Positions 30,805 to 40,930 of a stretch of DNA of 64,000 bases are shown here, one piece after another. Each line of letters begins with the position of its first letter. The first letter of the stretch is position 1. This stretch comes from Candidatus Altimarinota bacterium (GTDB taxonomy: Bacteria; Patescibacteriota; Gracilibacteria; 1-14-2-50-48-13): contig JBKBWQ010000001.1 in the NCBI GenBank assembly GCA_046314355.1, positions 288,001 to 352,000 on the forward strand. The letters run 5' to 3'. A program made the translations under genes and the position numbers. The notes beneath the pieces were generated by a model. The model was not told the DNA's origin, searched no databases, and saw only the letters and a list, made by a program, of their open reading frames with translations.

Positions 30805-32457
30805 TTACACTTTTGGATCAAGTATTTCAATATCAATATTCTCCTTGATAGTAGGGAGAGTTTTCTGCCATGCGGGAGATAAAGAGACATTTACTTTTTC
30901 CACCTCAGGAAGATTTTGTATAAATTTTTCTGCATCTTCACGTTTGATACCTGTTACATTTGATTGGATGGTCTTTATAAGAGTTTCATTATCTCTATCG
31001 AAACTGAAGGTTACAAGCCCATTCATTCGAGCAGTAATCTTAATATCAGAATTCTGCGAAGGGAAGATATTTACAAACTGAAGAGACTGAGGGTCCATGC
31101 TCAGAAGTTTCTCTCTAGCAGTGAGTTTGTGATTTACAAAATAGTCCTGCATGATCTTTTTGAGATCATCCTGATTGACATAGTAGGCTTTAGCTCTCAT
31201 TTTTCCTTGTACTTCAAAGCTATCAATACGCTGATTGAGAATATCTTTTGGTACACCAACTGATACTAGCTCTGATTGTACAAAACGGTCATCATGAATC
31301 TGGAAGATCTTATATGTTTCATCCTCGCCATGTACTTTTTTTAGTTCACTTTGAAGGTATTCTGGAGCCATATTTTTCAACTCCTGAATAATGTTTTTAT
31401 TTGCCTCTTCCACATCTTCTTTTACAACAAAACGCTCTACGTTTGTAACACCGCCAGTCATTGGAGATGTACTCTCAGCATAGATAAGCTTCTGATTTGT
31501 GGAAGAAAGTCCCGGGAAAGTAAATTTCATTGGTCCAATATTACCTCTTTCACCCATAAACTGATTATTTGCATCTCTTTCTCTTGCCTCAACTTCTACT
31601 TCGAGTGTGCCAGGAGTATCGCCTTTTGCTTCAGGAACTGATACAAACTTCTTCGTAAGATACACAAGTCCTTCATTTGTCTGAATACGGCTGTTTGTAA
31701 CTAGCGGCCAAGGCTTTGTAGATCTGTTAAATATTTTTATCTTACCTTTTGCATTTTCTCCTTTAAATACCCCTCCTGTTGCCGGCTGCTTAAAGGTTTT
31801 TTCATAGATAACCTCTATCTGCTGCATATGGACTTGTTTATCAGCAAGTGACGTAGGAGCTCCTGTAAGCGTTACATTCGTCTCTACACTCGTAGCATTG
31901 AGCTTAGGTATGATCGTAATCTTAGCATCAGGAAGACCAAAGAATGCAATGGTGAAGAGAATAAGCACACTAAAAAACAATATAGTCATATATGCTTTCT
32001 TGGATGGTTTTGTAAATACCATTCGATATTTTGCCGTTTCTTTATCGTACTTATAAAAACCAAATAGATACGCAAGTTTTTCACCTACTCCTTCAGGTAC
32101 TTTCTTTACTTTTTCCTGATTATTTTTCTCATCTTTCTTTTGCTGATAATGCTTAATGGAAGGTTCTTGAGGCTCTTGGGTAAACTCTTCAATTTCCTTA
32201 TAGTCTTTAAGGGCTGTAAGCCCGGCTTGTGAGGCTAATGTGCGGCCTATTTTATCCTGAGTTACTATGATTACAGTTTTCTTTTCCTCCTCCGCTTTTT
32301 TTCTAATCAGTTTCAGATTTACAATACTAGTAAGAAGCATAGATCTTCCAGGTATCACCAAATATACTGTCTTATCTTTCTGTGATGAAATCTTTGAAAA
32401 AACATCTGTAATTTCATCATCAATTTCTATAAAGGTGAGGCGCTGGTCTGAAAGCAT
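30805..32457 (-). CDS. Membrane-anchored baseplate-J-like protein of the type conserved in CPR genomes
   Basis: N-terminal IDDEITDV..LVIPGRS..NLKLI; single TM; AKGKIKIFN..V.VEA..G..GNIGP; V.VSLSPAWQKTLP. Confidence 0.65.
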   Translation of the reverse strand: MLSDQRLTFIEIDDEITDVFSKISSQKDKTVYLVIPGRSMLLTSIVNLKLIRKKAEEEKKTVIIVTQDKIGRTLASQAGLTALKDYKEIEEFTQEPQEPSIKHYQQKKDEKNNQEKVKKVPEGVGEKLAYLFGFYKYDKETAKYRMVFTKPSKKAYMTILFFSVLILFTIAFFGLPDAKITIIPKLNATSVETNVTLTGAPTSLADKQVHMQQIEVIYEKTFKQPATGGVFKGENAKGKIKIFNRSTKPWPLVTNSRIQTNEGLVYLTKKFVSVPEAKGDTPGTLEVEVEARERDANNQFMGERGNIGPMKFTFPGLSSTNQKLIYAESTSPMTGGVTNVERFVVKEDVEEANKNIIQELKNMAPEYLQSELKKVHGEDETYKIFQIHDDRFVQSELVSVGVPKDILNQRIDSFEVQGKMRAKAYYVNQDDLKKIMQDYFVNHKLTAREKLLSMDPQSLQFVNIFPSQNSDIKITARMNGLVTFSFDRDNETLIKTIQSNVTGIKREDAEKFIQNLPEVEKVNVSLSPAWQKTLPTIKENIDIEILDPKV

Positions 32458-32617
32458 GAAAAATCACTAATAAATACATGGAACTTCGAGTGATCCTAGT
32501 ATAAAAAATCTTGGTCAAAGGGGCAAGCATAAGTTCCAGAATCATCTGTTGTTATTTTGTAATTACACTACACGCTTGCACTGGAGTGACTTTTGCTCTA
32601 AAAAAGCACTATAGATT

Positions 32618-33514
32618 ATGTTTTCTAATATGAAAAAATACTTTCTCCTGCCTGCGATCTGCATATGTTTTCTATTTATTCTCTCCTACCTGCAGACTTA
32701 TAGAATCAAAGCTCAAGAGACGTCATCTCCAGCATTAACTGTATATTTTTTCTCTATTGGACAGGGGGATAGTTCTCTTATTCATACTCCAGAGAATAAA
32801 TGGATACTTGTGGATGGCGGACCAGATTCTGAAAGTGCAGTATCTGCAATGCATCCAATACTTCCATTCTTTGCAGGAAAAATAGACTTAATGGTACTAT
32901 CTCATCCTCATAAGGATCATATTGCAGGACTTATAAAAGTGCTTGATACCTATGCGGTGGGAAGTATCCTTATGTACGGTGTCTCAGAAAATGATCTGCA
33001 AGAGCAATTTATTGCAAAGAGTATGGAAAAAGGAATCCCAATAATCAGTGCGGATCCTTTGATTGATTTACAAATTGATGCTGTAACGTATGTTGATGTA
33101 TTAAGTCCATTAGAAAATGCTGATTCAGAAGAAAAAAATATTAATAATTTGTCAGTGATGTTTATGCTCAAGAGCGGTGCACATACTTTCCTCTATACTG
33201 GTGATGCTGAAGAAGAACAGGAACGTCAGCTCTTACTATCACAGTCATACCTTGATGCAGATATTCTTAAGGGAGGTCATCATGGAAGTAAGACAAGCAG
33301 TAGTATTCCTTTTTTAGATGCAGTCTCCCCCGACTTAGTAGTATATATGAATGGTCTTGATAACTCCTTTGGTCATCCTGATACTCAAACGCTTGAACAT
33401 TTAGATGAAAAACATATACCTTACTTTAATACTTCGCTTAATGGCACTATAGTAGTAACTTGTCCTTTGAAGGAGCAAAAGTGTACTAGTACATCTGAAC
33501 GCTCACTTCATTGA
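32618..33514 (+). CDS. ComEC/Rec2-type metallo-beta-lactamase-fold protein
   Basis: IGQGDS, LVDGG, SHPHKDHIAG, TGDAE, GHHGSKTSS, FGHP. Confidence 0.9.
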   Translation: MFSNMKKYFLLPAICICFLFILSYLQTYRIKAQETSSPALTVYFFSIGQGDSSLIHTPENKWILVDGGPDSESAVSAMHPILPFFAGKIDLMVLSHPHKDHIAGLIKVLDTYAVGSILMYGVSENDLQEQFIAKSMEKGIPIISADPLIDLQIDAVTYVDVLSPLENADSEEKNINNLSVMFMLKSGAHTFLYTGDAEEEQERQLLLSQSYLDADILKGGHHGSKTSSSIPFLDAVSPDLVVYMNGLDNSFGHPDTQTLEHLDEKHIPYFNTSLNGTIVVTCPLKEQKCTSTSERSLH

Positions 33515-33562
33515 GTAAAATTCTATCCATCCAATATATCTGTATACTCTACGGAGATGTAG

Positions 33563-33645
<83 letters not shown>

Positions 33646-33661
33646 GTTAAGCCACTTGCAC

Positions 33662-33689
33662 TTGCTATCACTCCTTGCATAGATAGAAT
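33662..33689 (+). promoter_or_regulatory. Putative xer promoter
   Basis: TTGCTA-16bp-TAGAAT. Confidence 0.55.
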
Positions 33690-33715
33690 GAAACCAACAG
33701 CATTTCATACATTTG

Positions 33716-34708
33716 ATGATCTCTCTTGCAGAACACATTCAGGATTTTCTCGTTGATATCATTATAGAGAAGAATCAGTCAAAAAAAACAAAGCTTAATT
33801 ATGAGCATTATCTTAAACGTTTCTTGAATTTTATAGGGCAAGATGCAACACCAGACAAGATCACCTTACCTAGAGTAAAAGCATACAGACTATTTCTGAC
33901 AGAAGTCACTGATAAAAATGGAGTACTGCTTTCTCCAAAAACGCAGAGTTATCACATAATTGCTCTGCGAGCGATACTTAAATACTTAAGAAAAAATGAT
34001 GTCGAAACACTTGCTCCTGAAAAAATAGAAGTAGCAAAATCTGAAAGCAGACATGTGGAATATCTGACAAGAGAAGAGCTCGACAGATTATTTCAAGCGG
34101 TAGAGGATATATTTGTAAAAAATGAAAATGTCATTCTGTTAAATCCTAAAATAAAGAACAAGGAAGAGCGTATTGCTGAACTAACATTAAGAAAATTAAG
34201 AGATAGAGCTATCCTTGAAACATTATATTCTACAGGACTTCGAGTCAGTGAACTTGTAAGTCTTAACCGCCTAGAAGTAGACCTCGTAAGAAAAGAGTTT
34301 GCAGTAACTGGTAAAGGTAGAAAACGCCGCATTGTCTTTCTGTCTCAAACTGCGGCAGAGAAAATACAAGACTATCTTCAGAAAAGAGGAGATAATCTCA
34401 AACCTCTTTTTCTCAATTATGCCAGGAGTATGAAAAAGCAAGGAGATATATTAGCAGATGAAGAGCGAAGACTAACGACAGTATCCATAGAAAATATTGT
34501 ACGCACCTATAGTGCACATGCAGGTATTATTAAAAGAGTAACACCGCATGTACTTCGTCATTCCTTTGCTACAGAACTGCTCTATAATGGCGCTGATATA
34601 CGATCAGTGCAGGAAATGCTGGGACATGCGAGCATTACGACTACTCAGATTTATACAAATATTACAAATAAACATTTGCGTGAAGTACATGAAAAATTTC
34701 ATAAATAA
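33716..34708 (+). CDS. XerC/XerD-family tyrosine recombinase
   Basis: RDRAILETLYSTGLRVSEL, GKGRKRR, TPHVLRHSFAT, LGHASITTTQIY. Confidence 0.93.
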   Translation: MISLAEHIQDFLVDIIIEKNQSKKTKLNYEHYLKRFLNFIGQDATPDKITLPRVKAYRLFLTEVTDKNGVLLSPKTQSYHIIALRAILKYLRKNDVETLAPEKIEVAKSESRHVEYLTREELDRLFQAVEDIFVKNENVILLNPKIKNKEERIAELTLRKLRDRAILETLYSTGLRVSELVSLNRLEVDLVRKEFAVTGKGRKRRIVFLSQTAAEKIQDYLQKRGDNLKPLFLNYARSMKKQGDILADEERRLTTVSIENIVRTYSAHAGIIKRVTPHVLRHSFATELLYNGADIRSVQEMLGHASITTTQIYTNITNKHLREVHEKFHK

Positions 34709-34712
34709 GCAT

Positions 34713-35339
34713 ATGGAAATTATACAAATTCGTGAGCCATTTGGACATTCGTACCATCGGATCTTAGAAGAAGTACGTCCTGAACTTCTCAAAGGAGGAG
34801 TACTGATGTATGGGACAGACACCTGCTGGGGACTATCAACTATGATTAGCTCAAAAAAAGGTATTGAAAAAATCTATAATATTAAGAATAGACCTGAGAC
34901 AAAAGCAGTAAGTATTGCTGTATCAGATCTACAGATGGCACATCAATATGTCCATATTTCTCAGGAAGTAGAGAGCTTTATGAAGAAGTATCTGCCAGGT
35001 AGAATTTCGCTTATTCTTCCTGCAAAAATGGAAGCTTTTCCTACTGATTTTCTTATTCCAGATAGGAAAGTCAGTATACGTATTCCTTCGGATCTTTTTA
35101 CAAGAAGGCTTGTTGCTTCGCTAAAGGAGCCACTAACTACAACATCCGCAAATATTTCAGGACAAAAGGAACTCTATACATGGAAAGAGGTAGAACACTT
35201 CCTTGAAAATATTTCAGAAAAACCTGATCTCGTACTCTATAAGAAAAGAATCCCAAAATGTCTTCCAAGTACTATTATTAATACCACTACTACTCCTTGG
35301 ACTGTAGTACGGCAAGGCGGATTTGTATTGGAAAAATAG
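34713..35339 (+). CDS. tsaC: Threonylcarbamoyl-AMP synthase (Sua5/YrdC)
   Basis: TDTCWGL, IKNRP, PLTTTSANISG, PSTII. Confidence 0.9.
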   Translation: MEIIQIREPFGHSYHRILEEVRPELLKGGVLMYGTDTCWGLSTMISSKKGIEKIYNIKNRPETKAVSIAVSDLQMAHQYVHISQEVESFMKKYLPGRISLILPAKMEAFPTDFLIPDRKVSIRIPSDLFTRRLVASLKEPLTTTSANISGQKELYTWKEVEHFLENISEKPDLVLYKKRIPKCLPSTIINTTTTPWTVVRQGGFVLEK

Positions 35340-35382
35340 TATATGATATAATATATACAATTCATTTTACAGCACTTACTTT

Positions 35383-36225
35383 ATGCCGGATAAACCAGAG
35401 TTAGATATGCATTTTCTTTCCACTTTGGAGAAAATACTTCTAGATCTCAAAGCTAATTATAGTGCAGAGGATATTCCTTCTCTTGAGAAACGCGTCTTGG
35501 AAGAGGCAAAAAAGAATTCTGCAAATCTTGATATAAATAAGCAGATTGAGCTCTTAGCTGTTGTACATGAGCTTTGGCATGCCTTTAAATTCGCTGCAGA
35601 AAAACATAAGAATCAAGCAAGAGAGTCTGGTGAGCCATATATTATGCATCCTATTCTTGTAGCACTTAACGAAATATATCACCAAAAGCATGAAAGGGGA
35701 CACTATGCTGAATCTCCCATTATTGCAGCACTGCTGCATGATACGATAGAAGATACTGATGCGCAGTACGAGGATCTTGATGCTCACTTTGGAAATAGAG
35801 TGAAGCAGCTTGTAGCGAACCTGACAAATAAGCCTGAGTGGGATGAATGGAAGAAAAAAGGACAGCTGTCTCATACTGAAAAGTCCGCTTTACAGTTTAT
35901 TAATGCAATAAAAGATCCTGCATCCCTTTCTGTGAAATTTGATGACCGCACACATAATCTGGATACGATCAGATATATGCCTGCGGAAAAGCAGATAAAA
36001 AAGATACTAGACACTCTCTCAGTGGGATTTATAGAAAAAGCAGAATCACTAGGAAGATTTGATTTTCTCATACAGCTCTACATTACGATCCAGCAGTACC
36101 TTACAGATGTAAATATAGAACAGTTTGCTGAGAACTCCGAAGATGCTAAGCAGCTTAAACAGCAATCACTCACTCAGATCAGCGATATTCTCTCAAGACA
36201 TCATCAGGAGATTTTCCATAGATAA
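35383..36225 (+). CDS. Stand-alone RelA/SpoT-type HD hydrolase (small alarmone hydrolase-like)
   Basis: HKNQARESGEPYIMHP, AALLHDTIEDT, KFDDRTHNL. Confidence 0.85.
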   Translation: MPDKPELDMHFLSTLEKILLDLKANYSAEDIPSLEKRVLEEAKKNSANLDINKQIELLAVVHELWHAFKFAAEKHKNQARESGEPYIMHPILVALNEIYHQKHERGHYAESPIIAALLHDTIEDTDAQYEDLDAHFGNRVKQLVANLTNKPEWDEWKKKGQLSHTEKSALQFINAIKDPASLSVKFDDRTHNLDTIRYMPAEKQIKKILDTLSVGFIEKAESLGRFDFLIQLYITIQQYLTDVNIEQFAENSEDAKQLKQQSLTQISDILSRHHQEIFHR

Positions 36226-36288
36226 TTTGAGATTATTTTGAAATAGAACAAAAGATACGTAGTATTAAAGTATCTGATAATATTTATT

Positions 36289-37056
36289 ATGGCAGTAAAT
36301 TTAAGTTATTCAGCACTCTCCATGTATGAGCAGTGCCCAAAGATGTATGAATTCCGCTACATCGAAAAGCTCCCTTCAAGACAAAATGGTGCAATGAGTT
36401 ACGGAACGAGTATTCATAATACTCTCTATAAATTCCTTATACCATTACTGCCAAAAGATACTTCTCAGACCAGTCTTTTTGATGAACAAATCATACCTGA
36501 TATGTCTCTTTCAAGACTTCTGGAGCTGTTAGATGAGAATTGGTCTGAGTTTGGATATAATGATAGAAAATTCATGTTTACGAAAAAGAGGGAAGCAATG
36601 GAGCTCCTCACAAAATGGCATGAAAAATATAATGGAAACTTTGGAAATCCAATACTGCTTGAAACAAAATTTACTGTATCATGTGGGGAGTACACTATTA
36701 CTGGACGCTTTGATCGTATTGATTTACTTCCAGATGGCTCAGTGCATATTATTGATTATAAAACAGGTAAGCTGCGTACCCAAAAAGATGTAGATGAGGA
36801 TTCTCAGCTTTCTATGTATGCGCTTGCAGTAAAACAGACCCTTGGGCTTCCCGTAGGAAGACTCTCACTGTATTTTGTCACTCAAGATCAGGAAATCATC
36901 ACTATGCGTTCCGAGGATTCATTGACAGATTTTGCAAGAGGTGTAGAAAAAATAGGTACCTCAATTGATCAGAAATATTTCCCAGCTACACCTTCAAAAG
37001 TTCAATGTACTTATTGTGACTTTGCATCTGTATGCAGCGATCGCTGGATTGAATAA
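36289..37056 (+). CDS. PD-(D/E)XK nuclease, AddB/RecB/Cas4-like, with four Cys
   Basis: LSYSALSMYEQCP, GTSIH, GRFDRID, IIDYKTG, QLSMY, CTYCDFASVC. Confidence 0.88.
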   Translation: MAVNLSYSALSMYEQCPKMYEFRYIEKLPSRQNGAMSYGTSIHNTLYKFLIPLLPKDTSQTSLFDEQIIPDMSLSRLLELLDENWSEFGYNDRKFMFTKKREAMELLTKWHEKYNGNFGNPILLETKFTVSCGEYTITGRFDRIDLLPDGSVHIIDYKTGKLRTQKDVDEDSQLSMYALAVKQTLGLPVGRLSLYFVTQDQEIITMRSEDSLTDFARGVEKIGTSIDQKYFPATPSKVQCTYCDFASVCSDRWIE

Positions 37057-37065
37057 ATTATATAT

Positions 37066-37524
37066 ATGCGTGTTGTTATCCAAAAAGTAAGTAAGGCACA
37101 TGTAGAAGTCAATCATACTGTCGTGGGCAGTATTGGGGCAGGTCTGCTAGTGCTTTTAGGTGTTCATAAAGATGATAATGAATCTGATATAGATACCATT
37201 ATCAAAAAAATCCTTGAGACAAGAATGTTTCCTAATGAAAGTGGAGAGAAATATTTTGATATTTCACTTAAGGATACTGCTATGGATATCCTGGTGGTAT
37301 CGCAATTTACCCTCTATGCAAATCTTAAAAAAGGCAGAAGACCTAGCTTTGACAATGCAGCTAGTCCCATAGCTGCTAAAAATATGTACAAAAAGTTTTT
37401 GGATAAACTACGTAACAGTTATACTGGAAATATAAGTACGGGTATCTTCCAGGCACATATGGAAGTATCTCTTACAAATACTGGTCCCGTAACATTTATT
37501 TATGACTCACGACTCGATATATGA
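37066..37524 (+). CDS. dtd: D-aminoacyl-tRNA deacylase
   Basis: MRVVIQKV, SQFTL, KGRRPSF, GPVT. Confidence 0.96.
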   Translation: MRVVIQKVSKAHVEVNHTVVGSIGAGLLVLLGVHKDDNESDIDTIIKKILETRMFPNESGEKYFDISLKDTAMDILVVSQFTLYANLKKGRRPSFDNAASPIAAKNMYKKFLDKLRNSYTGNISTGIFQAHMEVSLTNTGPVTFIYDSRLDI

Positions 37525-37955
37525 AAGTAAAGATTAAACGGATTGATTCTACCCTACCTTTACCTGAGTACCATACTAGTGGGGCAGTGGGCTTTGACCT
37601 CATCGCCCGCGAGACTGTGACCATCCCTGCCAAAGGACTGGAGTTTGTGCCTAACAATGTCATCATCAAAATACCTGAAGGCTACATGCTTCTTTTAGCA
37701 AATAGAAGCTCCACAGCAAAAAAACGGGGTCTCACAATAGCAAATGGAATTGGTATCATTGATCAGGATTACTGTGGTAATGAAGATGAGCTAAAGACTC
37801 TGTTCTACAATATGACAGATGAACCGGTCACTGTCCAAAGGGGAGAAAGGCTCTCTCAGTGCGTGTTCGTAAGAGTAGATCAGGGAGAATGGGAAGAAGT
37901 GGAAGAGATGTCTGATCCCACACGAGGAGGCTTCGGAACTACTGACAAAGTATAA
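37521..37955 (+). CDS. dut: dUTP diphosphatase
   Basis: GAVGFDL, RSS, GIIDQDY, RGGFGTT. Confidence 0.95.
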   Translation: MKVKIKRIDSTLPLPEYHTSGAVGFDLIARETVTIPAKGLEFVPNNVIIKIPEGYMLLLANRSSTAKKRGLTIANGIGIIDQDYCGNEDELKTLFYNMTDEPVTVQRGERLSQCVFVRVDQGEWEEVEEMSDPTRGGFGTTDKV

Positions 37956-38032
37956 AAATATTGTTTAGTTTGCTTTTATTAAGTAAGTTGCTATAATTTA
38001 AATATATTATTTAAAAGCAATTCCTGTTTTCT

Positions 38033-38476
38033 ATGTTAAAATTTCCAACTGCTAAGCGAGAGCAGCTTCATACAGATCTTACAGAAAAAATCATTGGAGC
38101 AGCAATTCGGGTACACACAACTCTCGGCCCGGGATTCGACGAAGATATTTACACAAATGCTCTTATCGTCGAATTTAATAAGAACAATATTAACTTTGAA
38201 AATAACTGGCAGGTAAAAGTCTATTACGATGCAGTGAATGTAGGAGCCTACACTTTAGATTTTCTTGTCCAGGATAAGGTCATCGTAAAAGTACTGGCCA
38301 CAGATATACTAGATGCAAAATATCTCTACCAAGTGAAATCCCACCTAGCAGCTGCCGAATTGAAAGTCGGGCTTGTCCTAAACTTCGGAGGCGCAACACT
38401 TGAGATCAAAAGAGTAGAGCCGCGTGTATTAAAAGAGAGAGCAAAGAAAGAGAGAGTGGTAGATGATTATTTGTAG
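38033..38476 (+). CDS. GxxExxY protein (PD-(D/E)XK-like)
   Basis: IIGAAIRVHTTLGPGFDEDIY, DFLV, GLVLNFG; the usual E-x-K appears as K-V-L. Confidence 0.88.
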   Translation: MLKFPTAKREQLHTDLTEKIIGAAIRVHTTLGPGFDEDIYTNALIVEFNKNNINFENNWQVKVYYDAVNVGAYTLDFLVQDKVIVKVLATDILDAKYLYQVKSHLAAAELKVGLVLNFGGATLEIKRVEPRVLKERAKKERVVDDYL

Positions 38477-38480
38477 ACAA

Positions 38481-38580
38481 AAATTGGTAATTGGGCTCAA
38501 TAATTGGGCACACATAATTAGGGCGCTAATAATTGAGCTCAATTAGTGAGTCCAATTATCGCGCCCTAATTACTGAGTTC
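38481..38580. repeat. Palindromic TAATT-based intergenic element, copy 2
   Basis: TAATTAGGGCGC...GCGCCCTAATTA inverted repeat enclosing TAATTGAGCTCAATTA. Confidence 0.8.
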
Positions 38581-38585
38581 CTTCT

Positions 38586-39206
38586 TTACGCCGCCCCCAA
38601 CGTCTTATCTCCTTTTTTCCAGCCGATTGGACAAAGGTCTCCAGTCTGGAAAGCTTCGATAACTCTCTTTAATTCTTCAGTATTTCTTCCTACTGTAAGA
38701 TTGTGTACTGTCATTGCCTGTAGAATATTATCAGGATCGATAATAAACATTCCTCGAAGACTCATGCCATCGTCATGAAGTACATTAAAGAGCTCTGATA
38801 GATTCTTATTTAGATCTGAAAGCATTGGGAAGTTGAGATCTCCAATTTCTTTGCTCCATGCCTTGTGAGCATGTACAGAGTCAATACTTACTGCGAGAAT
38901 CTGAGTATTAAGAGCTTCAAATTCACTATTCTTTGCAGAAAGATCTAGAATCTCAGTTGGACATACAAAAGTGAAATCAAGAGGATAGAAGAATACTACT
39001 TTCCATTTCCCCTCATAGTCATCGAGTGATACCTCTTTAAATTCTCCTTTGAAGTATGCATCAAGCGTAAAATTTGGTACCTCATGTCCGATTCTAATAT
39101 CATAGGCCCCAGCATCCATACAACCGCATCCACAATCTGAAGAATCGCATCCGCAGTTTTCACCACAGCCGCAAGCTCCTTCTCCGCATCCGCATTCCGT
39201 ATTCAT
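38586..39206 (-). CDS. ahpC: 2-Cys peroxiredoxin with a Cys-rich N-terminal extension
   Basis: FYPLDFTFVCPTE, GRNTEE, LCPIGW; nine Cys in the first 29 aa. Confidence 0.9.
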   Translation of the reverse strand: MNTECGCGEGACGCGENCGCDSSDCGCGCMDAGAYDIRIGHEVPNFTLDAYFKGEFKEVSLDDYEGKWKVVFFYPLDFTFVCPTEILDLSAKNSEFEALNTQILAVSIDSVHAHKAWSKEIGDLNFPMLSDLNKNLSELFNVLHDDGMSLRGMFIIDPDNILQAMTVHNLTVGRNTEELKRVIEAFQTGDLCPIGWKKGDKTLGAA

Positions 39207-39289
39207 AAATTTTTTATATATAACAATTAAAAACGCCCTTAATTTTAAAGTAAGGACGTCTTTACCGCAAGCCTAAGTACCTTGGTCTT

Positions 39290-39520
39290 CTAAGATTTTT
39301 TATGAATAGGCATCCCTTTTTCTTTGTAGCGCTTATGCAGCACTATTTTAAGGGTAATAAATAGTGCTGCAATGAAAACAAGAATAACCATAAAAGTCTC
39401 ATAAGGTATATGAGAAAAACCAAATAAACGTAGTTCACCTGCGGAAGTATAGCTCTGATTCGTGTTTACAGGTGCATCTTCCTTTACGGTAGTTGCAAAC
39501 GCGTCGCTGAGGGTAGTCAT
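39290..39520 (-). CDS. Small single-TM hypothetical protein
   Basis: Hydrophobic helix followed by a basic tail. Confidence 0.6.
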   Translation of the reverse strand: MTTLSDAFATTVKEDAPVNTNQSYTSAGELRLFGFSHIPYETFMVILVFIAALFITLKIVLHKRYKEKGMPIHKKS

Positions 39521-39644
39521 AGTGAGAATAGAAAGCCTTTTACCTGTAGTATACTAAAGAACATAGAAATGAAAAATAAAAATATAAATTTAGTTTACAT
39601 ACATTCCCTAGAACATAGTATGTAGAAAACCTATTTTAAGTATT

Positions 39645-40871
39645 ATGACTGAATTATTTAGAGATTTTCTGCAGACAGAGCAGGCAGCTGAACTTACAAA
39701 AATTATTGATTCTCTCAAAGGTGACACCTTAAAGATACATAGTTCTCTTTCAAAACGGAGTGATAAAGAACAAATACTACCGTATCTTCCGGATATGCTT
39801 CTTTTGCGGGATCTCAGAGAAAAAGCTGAGAAAAAATTCAGTCAAGCACCGAACATGTTTTTTACAAGAAGGGGACTGGAACAATCCACAGGTGAGAATA
39901 TCGCTGAGCATAAAGCCTCATGGATCTCTACGGATGCAAAAGTACTGGTACTGTGCAGCGGCATAGGGGGAGAGATGATATCTTTGGCAAAAAAAGCTCA
40001 GCACGTGACGGCAGTAGATAATGATGCTGAGATATGCGAAGTTGCAGCATTAAATGCAGACGCCTACAGCGTGAAGAATAAAATTACTTTTATCAATGAT
40101 ACAGTCGAACATTTTCTTGAGAAGTACAATGGAGAAGGATTTGATGCGGTATATATTGATCCAGATAGAAGACCGGGAGATTCAAGAAAAGTAGAATTAT
40201 CCCAATATTTACCAAACATATATGAGATACTGCCTCAGCTACTGAAAATATCGAAAGATATCTACTGTAAAGTATCACCGCGGATTTTTAGAGATGAGCT
40301 CACGAAAATACAAAATTTATCTTCCTACGAATTTATACAGGAAGATCAGGATCTAAAAGAATGTGTACTTCACTTTACTCCACTTGCAGACGATATTACA
40401 AAGATAGCTACAAAAATCAGCAATAATACTGCTATTCACCTCTACTCAAAAGAGAGTCAGTCTCACAAACAGATACTTTTGGATGAGAAAGCCGTAAAAT
40501 TATATTTGTTTGAACCATATGCATGTGTCATGCGGGCAGAACTTGTAGAGCAGTGTGCAGAGAATATAGATGGGATTTTTCTCGCAGAGAAGGGCGCACT
40601 ACTGACAAGTGATATACTTAGTGAAACAGGAAAAGACTGGGGAACATACTTTGAAATATGTACTGTGCTTCCTTTTCATCCAGCAACTATCAAGACCTAC
40701 TGCAAAGATAATGCCCTTGATAAGATTATTATCAAAAAAAGATATTTTCCTCTAGAACCACATGAAATCAGAAAATTCCTAAAAATAAAGGAAGGCGGAA
40801 ATGATATTTTCTACTGCACTACTCTTGCAGATAAAAAAGTCATAATCCACTGTAGAAGAGTATTGCCTTAA
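39645..40871 (+). CDS. Class I SAM-dependent methyltransferase with THUMP-like C-terminal domain
   Basis: LEQST, LCSGIGG, IDPDRR, KVSP, YLFEP. Confidence 0.8.
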   Translation: MTELFRDFLQTEQAAELTKIIDSLKGDTLKIHSSLSKRSDKEQILPYLPDMLLLRDLREKAEKKFSQAPNMFFTRRGLEQSTGENIAEHKASWISTDAKVLVLCSGIGGEMISLAKKAQHVTAVDNDAEICEVAALNADAYSVKNKITFINDTVEHFLEKYNGEGFDAVYIDPDRRPGDSRKVELSQYLPNIYEILPQLLKISKDIYCKVSPRIFRDELTKIQNLSSYEFIQEDQDLKECVLHFTPLADDITKIATKISNNTAIHLYSKESQSHKQILLDEKAVKLYLFEPYACVMRAELVEQCAENIDGIFLAEKGALLTSDILSETGKDWGTYFEICTVLPFHPATIKTYCKDNALDKIIIKKRYFPLEPHEIRKFLKIKEGGNDIFYCTTLADKKVIIHCRRVLP

Positions 40872-40930
40872 CGTATGTGAATCTGTACAATCTAAATACT
40901 ATATAATTTTCGTATTTTCACAAAAATCCT

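Noticed and set aside
30625-30882. 85-aa ORF over the tRNA
   Set aside because: Antisense translation of tRNA-Arg.
36289-37056. Cas4 / CRISPR system
   Set aside because: No repeat-spacer array and no other cas genes in the window; best treated as a solo AddB-like nuclease.
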